Positions 43,497 to 52,589 are shown, counted from the first letter of the stretch. The stretch: 64,000 bases of DNA from an uncultured Rhodobacteraceae bacterium (GCA_947500005.1 CANMQJ010000004.1:3399-67398), one strand, 5' to 3'. Program-made: numbers and translations. Notes: a model not told the origin generated them from the sequence alone.

Positions 43497-44792
43497 ATGA
43501 ACGCCAATCTTCGCGACAGCGGCTTTTTCACCGAATCCCTCTCCAGCCGCGACCCCGAGCTCTATGCCTCGATCACCGGCGAACTGGGCCGCCAGCGCGA
43601 CGAGATCGAGCTGATCGCCAGCGAGAACATCGTCTCGGCCGCCGTGATGGAGGCGCAAGGTTCGGTGATGACCAACAAGTATGCCGAAGGCTACCCGGGC
43701 CGCCGCTACTATGGCGGCTGTCAGTTCGTCGACGTGGCGGAAAACCTTGCCATCGAGCGCGCCAAGGAGCTGTTCGGCTGCGGCTTCGCCAACGTGCAGC
43801 CCAATTCCGGCAGCCAGGCCAACCAGGGCGTTTTCCAGGCGCTGATCAAGCCGGGCGACACCATCCTGGGCATGAGCCTCGACGCGGGCGGCCACCTGAC
43901 ACACGGCGCTGCGCCCAACCAGTCGGGCAAATGGTTCAACGCCGTGCAATACGGTGTGCGCCAGCAGGACAACATGCTCGATTACGACCAGGTCGAGGCG
44001 CTGGCCAAGGAGCACCAGCCCAAGCTGATCATCGCGGGCGGCTCGGCCATCCCGCGCCAGATCGACTTTGCCCGCATGCGCGAGATCGCCGACATGGTCG
44101 GCGCCTACCTGCATGTCGACATGGCGCATTTCGCGGGCCTGGTGGCGGCGGGCGAACACCCCTCCCCCTTCCCGCACGCGCATGTGGCCACCACCACGAC
44201 GCACAAGACCCTGCGCGGCCCGCGCGGCGGCATGATCCTGACCAATGACGAGGCCATCGCCAAGAAGGTCAATTCGGCCATCTTCCCCGGCATCCAGGGC
44301 GGACCGCTCATGCATGTGATCGCCGCCAAGGCGGTGGCCTTCGGCGAGGCGCTGCGCCCCGAGTTCAAGACCTATATCCAGCAGGTGGTGAAGAACGCGC
44401 AGGCCCTTTCGGACCAACTGATCAAGGGCGGGCTCGACACCGTGACCCACGGGACCGACACCCATGTCGTGCTGGTCGACCTGCGTCCCAAGGGCGTCAA
44501 GGGCAACGCGACCGAAAAGGCTCTGGGCCGCGCGCATATCACCTGCAACAAGAACGGCGTCCCCTTCGACCCGGAAAAGCCGACCGTGACCAGCGGCATC
44601 CGCCTCGGCTCCCCGGCAGGTACGACGCGCGGCTTCGGCGAACCGGAATTCCGCCAGATCGCCGACTGGATCATCGAGGTGGTGGACGGTCTGGCCGCCA
44701 ATGGCGAGGACGGCAACTCGGCCGTCGAGCAAAAGGTCAAGGCCGAGGTGGAAGCGCTCTGCGCCCGGTTCCCGATCTATCCCGACCTCTAG
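43497..44792 (+). CDS. glyA: serine hydroxymethyltransferase
   Basis: Start at [11 protein letters not shown] after GGGAG; [37 protein letters not shown] (PLP lysine). Confidence 0.95.
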   Translation: MNANLRDSGFFTESLSSRDPELYASITGELGRQRDEIELIASENIVSAAVMEAQGSVMTNKYAEGYPGRRYYGGCQFVDVAENLAIERAKELFGCGFANVQPNSGSQANQGVFQALIKPGDTILGMSLDAGGHLTHGAAPNQSGKWFNAVQYGVRQQDNMLDYDQVEALAKEHQPKLIIAGGSAIPRQIDFARMREIADMVGAYLHVDMAHFAGLVAAGEHPSPFPHAHVATTTTHKTLRGPRGGMILTNDEAIAKKVNSAIFPGIQGGPLMHVIAAKAVAFGEALRPEFKTYIQQVVKNAQALSDQLIKGGLDTVTHGTDTHVVLVDLRPKGVKGNATEKALGRAHITCNKNGVPFDPEKPTVTSGIRLGSPAGTTRGFGEPEFRQIADWIIEVVDGLAANGEDGNSAVEQKVKAEVEALCARFPIYPDL

Positions 44793-44820
44793 GCTCCGGG
44801 CCTACCGCATTCCCGAACAC

Positions 44821-44855
44821 GCCGCCGCCGGTCCCCCGGCGGCGGTTGTCGTTTC
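44821..44855 (+). terminator. rho-independent terminator of glyA
   Basis: CCGCCGCCGG-TCCC-CCGGCGGCGG perfect 10-bp stem followed by TTGTCGTTTC. Confidence 0.7.
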
Positions 44856-44965
44856 GGGGAGGTCTCCCGCCCCCTCGGGACGCCGCTGGCGCGGCACCCT
44901 CGGCGTTGGGCCCGGCGCCGCGCCTGGCGGCGCGGCGCGGTCGCGCCCGGGATCGACAGGCCTAA

Positions 44966-45340
44966 TTACTGCGATTGCCGCCAGACGACGAAAAGGATCA
45001 CCAGCGTGCCCAGAAGCAGGATATTGAAGGCCAGCCCGCCCAGAACGCCCAGCCACCAGGTCTTGCGCTCCTCGCCCGGATCATGTTCCGCCAGATGTGC
45101 ACGCAGCACGCGCGCCGCCCCCTCCAGCCGCACCTGGTCGATGGTGCGGGCGAGCTTCGGGTGGCCCGACAGCGCCTCGGCCCGGGCCAGCACCATCCCC
45201 TCGCGATAGACCCGCCGCGGCAGGCGGTGCTTGGCACGGCGCAAGGCCATCTCAAAGCTCGGGCCCTTTACGCCCAGCTTTTCGCGCAGCAGCGCCGCGG
45301 CTTCTTCGATCTGCCGTTTCGGCTGGAAAACGTCCGTCAT
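44966..45340 (-). CDS. hypothetical C-terminally membrane-anchored protein
   Basis: Start at MTDVFQPKRQIEEAAALLREKLG; single C-terminal TM helix WWLGVLGGLAFNILLLGTLVILFVVW. Confidence 0.5.
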   Translation of the reverse strand: MTDVFQPKRQIEEAAALLREKLGVKGPSFEMALRRAKHRLPRRVYREGMVLARAEALSGHPKLARTIDQVRLEGAARVLRAHLAEHDPGEERKTWWLGVLGGLAFNILLLGTLVILFVVWRQSQ

Positions 45341-45432
45341 CGTCCCGTCCTTCGAGAGGCGCACCATACCGGGCCCACCGATGGGCCTCAATAGGGCTGG
45401 CGGCCCTCAGGCCCGCGCTGTATCAACGGGCC

Positions 45433-46191
45433 ATGCTGAACACCATCTCCCACGGAACCCCCGGCGACCTGCCGCCCCTGCTGATCGCGCATGGCCTTTA
45501 CGGTTCGGCGCGCAACTGGGGCGTGATCGCCAAGCGCCTGTCCGACAGCCGACAGGTCGTCGCGGTGGACATGCCCAACCACGGCGACAGCGACTGGACC
45601 GCGCCGCATGACTATCCCCACATGGCGCAGGCCCTGGCCGAGGTGATCGAGGATCTGGGCGGCAAGGCCGATGTGCTGGGTCACTCCATGGGCGGAAAGG
45701 CGGCGATGATGCTGGCGCTGACGCAGGGCCACCTGCTGCGCAAGCTGGTGGTGGCCGACATCGCGCCGGTGCCCTACTCGCACACGCAGCAGCAATATAT
45801 CGAGGCGATGAAGGCTGTCGATCTGTCGAAGGTCACCCGCCGCTCGGAGGCCGAGGACCAGCTGGCCGAACATGGTGTCGACCGCTCTTTGCAAAGCTTC
45901 TTCACCCAGTCGCTCGACGTCGCGAATCGCCGCTGGCGGCTCAACCTGGACCAGTTGAGCGCCGACATGGCCGGGATCATCGGCTTTCCCCAGGTGGACG
46001 GCTCATGGGACGGGCCGACCCTGTTCCTGTCGGGCGGCGAGTCGGACTATGTCCGGCCCGAACACCGCCAGACGATCCTGGCGCTCTTTCCCAAGGCGCG
46101 TTTCATGAAGATCCCCGGGGCGGGACACTGGCTACACGCCGAGAAGCCGCGCGAATTCGAGGCGACCGTGCGCGCCTGGCTCGACGCCTGA
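45433..46191 (+). CDS. alpha/beta hydrolase (esterase, YbfF-like)
   Basis: Canonical nucleophile elbow GHSMGG; HG oxyanion motif LIAHGLYGS; C-terminal GHWLHAE. Confidence 0.8.
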   Translation: MLNTISHGTPGDLPPLLIAHGLYGSARNWGVIAKRLSDSRQVVAVDMPNHGDSDWTAPHDYPHMAQALAEVIEDLGGKADVLGHSMGGKAAMMLALTQGHLLRKLVVADIAPVPYSHTQQQYIEAMKAVDLSKVTRRSEAEDQLAEHGVDRSLQSFFTQSLDVANRRWRLNLDQLSADMAGIIGFPQVDGSWDGPTLFLSGGESDYVRPEHRQTILALFPKARFMKIPGAGHWLHAEKPREFEATVRAWLDA

Positions 46192-46195
46192 CCGC

Positions 46196-46399
46196 TCAGC
46201 CCGCTTCGTACAGACGCCTGGCCACAAGCCAGGCCACCGGCGCCGCCAGGACAGCCCCGGCTGCGGCCGCGCCCAGGATGGCCGGCAGCGAGACGAACCC
46301 CGCGACCAGCACCACGATCACCCCGGTCCCCGCGAGCGCGGTCGAGATCAGCGAATAGAGGATTCCGGCAAGACGCATCATGGCGGCAGGCTCCTTCAT
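46196..46399 (-). CDS. small hydrophobic membrane protein (hypothetical)
   Basis: Two predicted TM helices; short, with weak support only. Confidence 0.35.
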   Translation of the reverse strand: MKEPAAMMRLAGILYSLISTALAGTGVIVVLVAGFVSLPAILGAAAAGAVLAAPVAWLVARRLYEAG

Positions 46400-46467
46400 G
46401 CATGTTCGTGGGACACATATTCATCCCGGAACGGCGTCGCCTTGACCTGAATCATCCTGATCCACGA

Positions 46468-46496
46468 TTGCCCCGCACCGCGCGGCTTTGTATAGA
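46468..46496 (+). promoter_or_regulatory. candidate sigma70-type promoter of the split tRNA-Leu gene
   Basis: TTGCCC-N17-TATAGA, with the -10 ending 9 nt before the tRNA 5' end. Confidence 0.4.
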
Positions 46497-46505
46497 CGGC
46501 CCCGT

Positions 46506-46803
46506 GCGGGCGTGGCGGAATGGTAGACGCATCGGACTTGAACGATTGAGTGCGCCGGTCGGAAACGCCGGTGTAGAACTGCTCAAATTCGGGGAACCCT
46601 GTCAAATGGCGATCCCGAGCCAAGCCCCCGCAAGGGGGAAGGTGTAGAGACTAGACGGGCAGCGCCTAAAGCCGGACTGGCCAGGGCGAAGGGATAGTCC
46701 AGACCACAAACGCGGCCCCGGGCCGCGGCGGCGAAAGCCGTAGCTGGTAAGAAAATCCGTGGGGCGCAAGCCCGTGTGGGTTCGAGTCCCACCGCCCGCA
46801 CCA
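46506..46803 (+). tRNA. tRNA-Leu(UAA) interrupted by a group I intron (exons 46506-46539 and 46752-46803)
   Basis: The joined exons give an 86-nt class II tRNA: acceptor GCGGGCG/CGCCCGC, D-arm GGCGGAAUGGUAGACGC, anticodon loop CU-UAA-AA, long variable arm GGGGCGCAAGCCCGU, T-arm GUGGG-UUCGAGU-CCCAC, encoded CCA. Confidence 0.85.
46540..46751 (+). ncRNA. group I intron, IC3-like, 212 nt, no internal ORF
   Basis: Inserted between U34 and A35; guide GAUUGAG pairs with exon CUU (U.G at the splice site); core strings UCAAAUUCGGGGAACC, CCGAGCCAAGC, GAAGGUGUAGAGACUAGACGG, CCUAAAGCC; terminal G at 46751. Confidence 0.85.
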
Positions 46804-46902
46804 GGTTTCAGGCGCCACCCTGACGAGAGGATCAGCGAAGGCCCCCCTCAGCTAGGCCCCGGTGGACGCACGGCAGCGGAGGCGAAACAGGCTCGACGAT
46901 GT

Positions 46903-47571
46903 TCATTGAGCCAAGGCCCGGGCGCGCTCGGCACTCCAGGCCCGCGCGCCGGCATGGACCGCGTCATAGACCGCGCGCCCGATGGCCTCTCCGCACTCCG
47001 TGTGCAGCCCGGAGAACCCGATATCACCGGCATGTGCCGCGACGGCGACGCAATCGGTCCCGGTGCCCGTGGCGATACCCGTCGGCAGGACGAACCCCGC
47101 ATCCATCACCGCCGCCGTGCGCGCCTGCACCGCGATGCTCATCGCCTCCAGCAGGCCCGCCCCGGTCAGACCGGTATCCAGCCGCACAGCCACGTTGATC
47201 GTGCCCCAGCCCCCGTCCCAGTCGCGGCCCGAGTAATCGGCCCGCGCGCCCACCCTTTCGCCATTCGACAGGCCAACCGTCGCCACGGCATGGGCCTCCA
47301 CCGCACCGACCCGCGCGCGGCGCTCCTCGTAGGTGGTGACGTCGCGCGAGGTGAGGAACAGAACCGCTTCCTCGTTCTGCCGGGCGCGCAGGGCCGAGTC
47401 CGCCCAGCCGACCACGTCCAGATCGGGCGGCAGGTCGGCATTGCGCAGTTCGCGCCACAGGATCTGCCGCGCACGGACCTGTCCGGGCCGGTTGATCGAC
47501 CAGCTCAACACCTCCATCTCCGCGCCCAGATCGAATGTCAGCCAGGGCGCGTCCAGAACGACCCGGCTCAA
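46903..47571 (-). CDS. cbiZ: adenosylcobinamide amidohydrolase CbiZ
   Basis: WSINRPG..., TINVAVRLDTGL, ATGTGTDCVAV motifs typical of CbiZ; probable TTG start overlapping the ATPase stop (TTGA); no in-frame ATG downstream of the upstream gene. Confidence 0.7.
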   Translation of the reverse strand: MSRVVLDAPWLTFDLGAEMEVLSWSINRPGQVRARQILWRELRNADLPPDLDVVGWADSALRARQNEEAVLFLTSRDVTTYEERRARVGAVEAHAVATVGLSNGERVGARADYSGRDWDGGWGTINVAVRLDTGLTGAGLLEAMSIAVQARTAAVMDAGFVLPTGIATGTGTDCVAVAAHAGDIGFSGLHTECGEAIGRAVYDAVHAGARAWSAERARALAQ

Positions 47572-48326
47572 TCCACCACCTCCAGCGGCTGAAAGACCGG
47601 GCCATGCGGCGTGTCCTGGTGCCAGACCGACACGCCGAAGGCGCGCGCCATCCGCTCGGGCGAGAGAACCTCGGCCGGGGTCCCGTCGGCCATGACCCCG
47701 CCCTCGGCCAGAAGGATCAGCCGCGTGCAATGCCGCGCGGCCAGCCCCAGGTCGTGCAGAGAGACGATCACCGCGCGACCCTCGCGGGCCAGGTCGCGAA
47801 AGATCCGCATGGCCGAGATCTGATGCGCCGGGTCCAGCCCCGCGATGGGCTCGTCCGCCATCAGCAGCGGCGTGTCCTGCGCCAGCGCCCGCGCGATCAG
47901 CGCGCGCGCCTGCTCGCCCCCCGACAGGCGCGAGGCCGCACGGTGGCGCAGGCCCTGAAGGTCCAGCCGGTCCAGCGCGCTTTCGACATGCGCGCGATCC
48001 TGGTCCGGCAGGCCGCCGCGCAGGGGCAGATACGGCAGCCGCCCCAGCGCCACCACCCGTTCCACCGGCACCGGCCAGGCGATCTCGCGCGCCTGCGGCA
48101 TCCAGGCCACCGCCCTGGCCCGCTCCGCCGGCGACAGCGTGGCAAGCGAGCTTGTCCCGTCGCAGGGGATCAGCCCCAGCGCCGCCCGCATGAGCGAGGT
48201 CTTGCCCGCCCCGTTCGGGCCGATCAGCCCCACCATCTCTCCCGGCCCGACCGAGAAGGTGACATCCGAGAACACCGTCCTGCCCCGCAGCGTGACACCC
48301 AGATCCGACAGCGACAGCGCGCTCAT
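47568..48326 (-). CDS. btuD: ABC transporter ATP-binding protein, BtuD/FecE-like
   Basis: MSALSLSDLGV...; Walker A GPNGAGKTS, LSGGEQARALIARAL, LLMADEPIAGLD; ATGA overlap with the permease. Confidence 0.8.
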   Translation of the reverse strand: MSALSLSDLGVTLRGRTVFSDVTFSVGPGEMVGLIGPNGAGKTSLMRAALGLIPCDGTSSLATLSPAERARAVAWMPQAREIAWPVPVERVVALGRLPYLPLRGGLPDQDRAHVESALDRLDLQGLRHRAASRLSGGEQARALIARALAQDTPLLMADEPIAGLDPAHQISAMRIFRDLAREGRAVIVSLHDLGLAARHCTRLILLAEGGVMADGTPAEVLSPERMARAFGVSVWHQDTPHGPVFQPLEVVD

Positions 48327-49306
48327 CCCAGCTCCCTCCGCGTCTTGTAGATCAGGTGCAGGAACAGCGGTGCGCCGACCAGTGCCGTCACCACGCCCAG
48401 CTTCAGGTCGCGTTCGGGCAGGATCACCCGCACCGCGATATCGGCCAGTTGCAGCATCAGCGCGCCCCCCAGAGCCGAGCTCCACAGCAGCCGCGCGGGA
48501 TCGCCGCCCACCAGCGGACGCAGGATATGCGGCACCACCAGCCCCACGAACCCGATCGCGCCCGCCACGGCCGTGCCGCCCCCCACGATGGCCGCCGTGC
48601 CCAGCACCAGGACGATCCGCAGCCGGGACAGGCTGATGCCCATCGTCTCGGCCGCGTCCTCGCCCAGGGTCAGCGCGCTCAGCCCCCGCGCGGTCCAGGC
48701 CAGCAGCACCGCCCCCACCAGCACGAAGGGCAGTGCCAGCCACAGGTGCAGCATCGACCGGTCGGCCAGCGATCCCATCATCCAGAACACGATCTCGCTC
48801 GCCGCGAAGGGGTTGGGCGACAGGTTCAGCACCAATGAGGTCAAGGCCCCTGCCAGCGCCGAGATGGCAATCCCGGCCAGGATCAGCGTCAGCGACCCGC
48901 CGCGCGGCCCCGCGAGCAGCATGATCAGCCCCACCCCCGCCAGCGCCCCGGCCAGAGCCGAGAAGGGCAGCGCCAGCGCGCTGCTCGCCGCAAGTCCCGT
49001 ATGGATCGCCACCACGGCGCCCAGCGCGGCCGACCCCGACACGCCGATCAGCCCCGGCTCGGCCAGCGGATTGCGCAGGTATCCCTGCATCGCCGCCCCA
49101 GCCATGCCCAGCCCCGCCCCGATCGCGATGGCCAGCAAGGCACGCGGCAACCGGATCTCCCGCATCACCAGCGTCATCGGGCCATACTCGTCCGAGAACA
49201 GCGCCGCCAGGCTCTCCCCCGGCGGGACATCCGCCGGACCGATGACCAGCGACAGGACGAAAAGCGCCAGAACGCCAAGCAGCAGGAGGGGCTCCAGCGC
49301 CCTCAT
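48323..49306 (-). CDS. btuC: FecCD-family permease, BtuC-like
   Basis: 327 aa, about 9-10 TM helices, FecCD family pattern; ATGA overlaps at both ends. Confidence 0.8.
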   Translation of the reverse strand: MRALEPLLLLGVLALFVLSLVIGPADVPPGESLAALFSDEYGPMTLVMREIRLPRALLAIAIGAGLGMAGAAMQGYLRNPLAEPGLIGVSGSAALGAVVAIHTGLAASSALALPFSALAGALAGVGLIMLLAGPRGGSLTLILAGIAISALAGALTSLVLNLSPNPFAASEIVFWMMGSLADRSMLHLWLALPFVLVGAVLLAWTARGLSALTLGEDAAETMGISLSRLRIVLVLGTAAIVGGGTAVAGAIGFVGLVVPHILRPLVGGDPARLLWSSALGGALMLQLADIAVRVILPERDLKLGVVTALVGAPLFLHLIYKTRRELG

Positions 49307-50127
49307 CGCGCCAGCCCGCCCCGCGCCTCGGCCAGTGTCTCGATGGCGCGCAGCACATAGGGCGTGCCACAGACCCAGTCCCTGTCCGACATCACCGCCT
49401 GCCCCGAGCGGGCGCGCAGTTGCGCGATGACCGGGTGATCCATCGTCTCCTTGGCCCGTCCATGCCCCGGCGACGGGCGCGCCGTGATCACCACGTCCGG
49501 ATCGACCAACGCCAGCCGCTCCAGCGGCAGCACCCCGCCCCAGTCATAGCCCAACTCGGCCGCCACGTTGCGATAGCCTGCCGCCTTCAGGATCTGGCCC
49601 GCGAGGCTCTGCTCACCCTCGGTCCAGCCGCGCAGCGCATAGATCGCGGCGCGCGGCCCCTTCTCGTCGGTCAAGCGCAGCGCCGCCAGCCCCGCGTCAT
49701 AGCGCGCGACCAGTGCGCGGGCCGCGTCCTGACGGCCCAGAACCACGCCCATCCGCAGGATGTTCTCGCGCACTGCCTCCAGCGAGCGGGCAGGCTCGAA
49801 AACCTCGACCGGCACCTCCAGCCGGCGCATCATCGCCACCGTGGCCCGCGCCGAGAAGGATCCCGCGACCACCAGGTCCGGCCGCTGCAGATAGATCTCC
49901 TCGGCCAGCCCGTGATTGATGGCGAAGCCGCGCGCCTCTTCCGACATGGCCGAGGCGCGCGGATCGCGGGCCAGATGCGTGACAGAGTGAAGCTGGCCGG
50001 GTGCGGCCAGCAACATCGCCAGCTGATCGGTGCAGAGGTTCATCGACACCACCCTCTGTGGCTGCGCCTGCACAAGACAGGCCCAGCCCAGCGTCAGGCA
50101 AACCGCGATGGCCCCCGCGCCCCGCAT
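49303..50127 (-). CDS. btuF: periplasmic binding protein, BtuF/FecB-like
   Basis: Signal peptide MRGAGAIAVCLTLGWACLVQA; class III (cluster A) PBP pattern RVVSMNLCTDQL. Confidence 0.75.
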   Translation of the reverse strand: MRGAGAIAVCLTLGWACLVQAQPQRVVSMNLCTDQLAMLLAAPGQLHSVTHLARDPRASAMSEEARGFAINHGLAEEIYLQRPDLVVAGSFSARATVAMMRRLEVPVEVFEPARSLEAVRENILRMGVVLGRQDAARALVARYDAGLAALRLTDEKGPRAAIYALRGWTEGEQSLAGQILKAAGYRNVAAELGYDWGGVLPLERLALVDPDVVITARPSPGHGRAKETMDHPVIAQLRARSGQAVMSDRDWVCGTPYVLRAIETLAEARGGLAR

Positions 50128-51995
50128 CAGAAGGAGGCCTGCAACCCGACATAGGCCGTGCGGCCGCGCTTGGCATAGCCCCAGACGTCGGAATACTCCT
50201 CGTCGAACAGGTTCACCACCCGCCCCGTCAGGTCCACGTTGTCGGTCAAGGCATAACGCGCGCTCAGATCCACGGTCACGTAATCGGGCAGCTTCTCGGT
50301 CGCGAAGGTCCCGAAGAACTGCGTGTCGTAATTGTCCGCGACATAGCGGATATCGGCCGCCAACAGCCCGCGCCCGCCCATGATCTCCTGCTTGGCGCTC
50401 AGCAGCAGCTCGTGCCGGGGACGGCGCACCTCGACCGACCCGTTCGGGTTCTCGGCATCGACATAGGTATAGCTCAGCCGCAGGTCGAGCGTATCCGTCG
50501 CCGCCAGCTCGCCCGACAGCTCGACACCGCGCCGCGTACTGTCGCCCGCCTGGTTGATATAGGTCGAGGTGCTGGTCACCGGGTCGAACACATCGGTGAT
50601 CTCATCCGTCAGCGTGTCGTGGAACAGCGTCACATCCACCAGGCCGCGCCCCTGTAGGATCGGCATCTCCAGCCCCAGGTCAAAGGAGCGGTTCTTCTCC
50701 GGGCGCAGGTTGGGGTTGCCGACATAGCCGAAGGCGTTGGCGAACAGCTCGAAATAGGTCGGGTTCACAACGCCGGTCCCCGCCGAACCATGTACCCGCA
50801 TCCCGTTGGCGAACAGGTAGGAGCCCGCAAGCGTCCAGGTCACCTCGTCCTCGAAGGTCTCGTTGTCGTCATAGCGCGCACCGGCCTGGATGTTCAGCCC
50901 GTTGGCCAGCCGCCCGCGATATTCCATCGCGACCGAGCGCGACTCGCGTCGATAGCTCGGATTCGTGGTGCTGGAATCGCGCTCCCATTCCAGGATGGTG
51001 TTGAGCAGGTGATCGCTGTCGCGCGCCTGCGCCCCGTCCAGACCATAGCTCAGCAGATAACGCGCGCGCTCCCGGTCGGCCTCGGTCGGCGCCCCGCCAT
51101 TGGTCGAGCTCTCGTAATCCGTCCGGTCATAGCTCAGCCGATGCAACATACGGCCGTCAAGCGCCTCGTATTCGCCGTAGACCTCCCAGATCCGCTCGTC
51201 GCGATCGGCGAACTGGGTGGGATCGTCGACGATGTAGCCCTGCGGCGTGGTCGCGGTGAAGTCGGTGTTGTCAAAGGCATAATCCTCCTCCGACTGGCGG
51301 AACATGAAGCCCAGCTTCAGCCGGTCGGTCAGCTTGTAATCGCCGCTCAGCTGCACGCTGTCGCGTTCCACGCTATCATCCTCGCCGCCGCTGCCCGAGT
51401 AATCATAGCCGTCATCGTCCAGCCGCGCGAGGTTCAGCGCGATGCCGCCCCGCTCGGTCCGGAAGGAATAGCGCGCCGAGGCCGCGTACCCGTCGCCGAC
51501 CTCAATCCGGCCGCCGAACTCCTGCCCCAGCCCGCCGGTCCTGGTGATGATGTTGATCACACCGGACGAGGCGTTCGACCCGTAGAACACCGATTGCGGT
51601 CCGCGCAGCACCTCGATCCGCTCGATATTGGCGGCCTGCAACCCCGACAGGTTGTAATCGCCATCGCCCGCCGAGGCCGGAACCCCGTCGATCAGGATCA
51701 GCGTGTGATTGGCCTCGCCGCCGCGAATGCGCACCGCGGTGAACGAATCGCCCGCCCCGCTCACCGATACGCCGGGCAGCCCGCGCAGCGCGTCCTGAAC
51801 GGTGACGATGCCGCGCGCCTCGATCTCCTCGCCGGTCAGAACGCTGACCGCGCGACCGTACTCTGCCTCCTCGATCGGCGTGAACCCGCCCGACACGACG
51901 ACGGTGCCAAGGTCCAGCGCCTCCTGCGCGAAGGCCGAGGTAGTAAGCATCAGGGCTGCCGTTACGGAAGCCGCTCGGAACGTGTATCTTGTCAT
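50127..51995 (-). CDS. btuB: TonB-dependent outer-membrane receptor, BtuB-like
   Basis: Start at MTRYTFRAASVTAALMLTTSAFAQE; TonB box DLGTVVVSG; plug domain then barrel; terminal ...YVGLQASF; preceded by a cobalamin riboswitch. Confidence 0.85.
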   Translation of the reverse strand: MTRYTFRAASVTAALMLTTSAFAQEALDLGTVVVSGGFTPIEEAEYGRAVSVLTGEEIEARGIVTVQDALRGLPGVSVSGAGDSFTAVRIRGGEANHTLILIDGVPASAGDGDYNLSGLQAANIERIEVLRGPQSVFYGSNASSGVINIITRTGGLGQEFGGRIEVGDGYAASARYSFRTERGGIALNLARLDDDGYDYSGSGGEDDSVERDSVQLSGDYKLTDRLKLGFMFRQSEEDYAFDNTDFTATTPQGYIVDDPTQFADRDERIWEVYGEYEALDGRMLHRLSYDRTDYESSTNGGAPTEADRERARYLLSYGLDGAQARDSDHLLNTILEWERDSSTTNPSYRRESRSVAMEYRGRLANGLNIQAGARYDDNETFEDEVTWTLAGSYLFANGMRVHGSAGTGVVNPTYFELFANAFGYVGNPNLRPEKNRSFDLGLEMPILQGRGLVDVTLFHDTLTDEITDVFDPVTSTSTYINQAGDSTRRGVELSGELAATDTLDLRLSYTYVDAENPNGSVEVRRPRHELLLSAKQEIMGGRGLLAADIRYVADNYDTQFFGTFATEKLPDYVTVDLSARYALTDNVDLTGRVVNLFDEEYSDVWGYAKRGRTAYVGLQASF

Positions 51996-52139
51996 ATCCT
52001 GTCCCCTGACACCCTCGCCCGTGGCGAAGGTCAAAGCACGCCCGGAACGAACCCGGGCAAGTTAGGTCCTTGGAGGATCAGGCCCCCGCAGACGGTGAAA
52101 GCGTCACCACTACGGAAGGACCGTTGACCGCGACGCGCC

Positions 52140-52335
52140 CCGCGTGCGGACAGGGTGATCGTTCTGGCAGGTCTCCTGACTTGCGGGTCACAGCCTTGTC
52201 GGGCCTTCCCATCCGTGACCGGACAGTGGCATGTTCCGACAATGCTCGCCGCTTACAGTTGCGGGGGCAGTCGAGGATTTGGCGCCGTCGGTTTCCCCTG
52301 GGCCGCACCTCGTTCCCTATTATCCGGATGGCATC
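52140..52335 (-). promoter_or_regulatory. cobalamin (B12) riboswitch in the btuB leader
   Basis: The minus strand reads AAUAGGGAACGAGGUG...AAAUCCUCGACUGCCCCCGCAACUGUAAGCGG...GCCACUGUCC...GGGAAGGCC...CAAGUCAGGAGACCUGCCAG (B12 box). Confidence 0.85.
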
Positions 52336-52417
52336 CCACCCGGACCAGAACATCCCGGCAATCGCAGATCGGCGGCGGGCTTGTCAATCGTGAAGTTCGG
52401 CCTAAGCGGCGTCGCCC

Positions 52418-52500
52418 CCGTTTTGTACAAAACGGCACAAGTGGCCTCCGCGCGCAGTACAAAACGGAACAAACGCGCCGGTTTTCGGTACATCGCAAAT
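52418..52500 (+). repeat. phased motif array, locus 2: 3 GTAC-anchored units at 32/31-bp spacing
   Basis: GTAC cores at 52425, 52457 and 52488; unit 1 lies inside the 18-bp perfect palindrome CCGTTTTGTACAAAACGG (52418-52435); units GTACAAAACGGCACAAG / GTACAAAACGGAACAAAC / GTACATCGCAAATTC. Confidence 0.65.
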
Positions 52501-52502
52501 TC

Positions 52503-52531
52503 TTGACAGCGAGGCCGCGGCGTCACTATGC
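52503..52531 (+). promoter_or_regulatory. candidate sigma70-type promoter of exbB
   Basis: TTGACA-N17-CTATGC, about 60 nt upstream of the exbB ATG and 12 nt downstream of the third array unit. Confidence 0.4.
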
Positions 52532-52589
52532 AGGCCGCGATCGACCGGAAGTCCCCCGTCCGTCGCGACGCAATGGAAGGACAAGCCCC

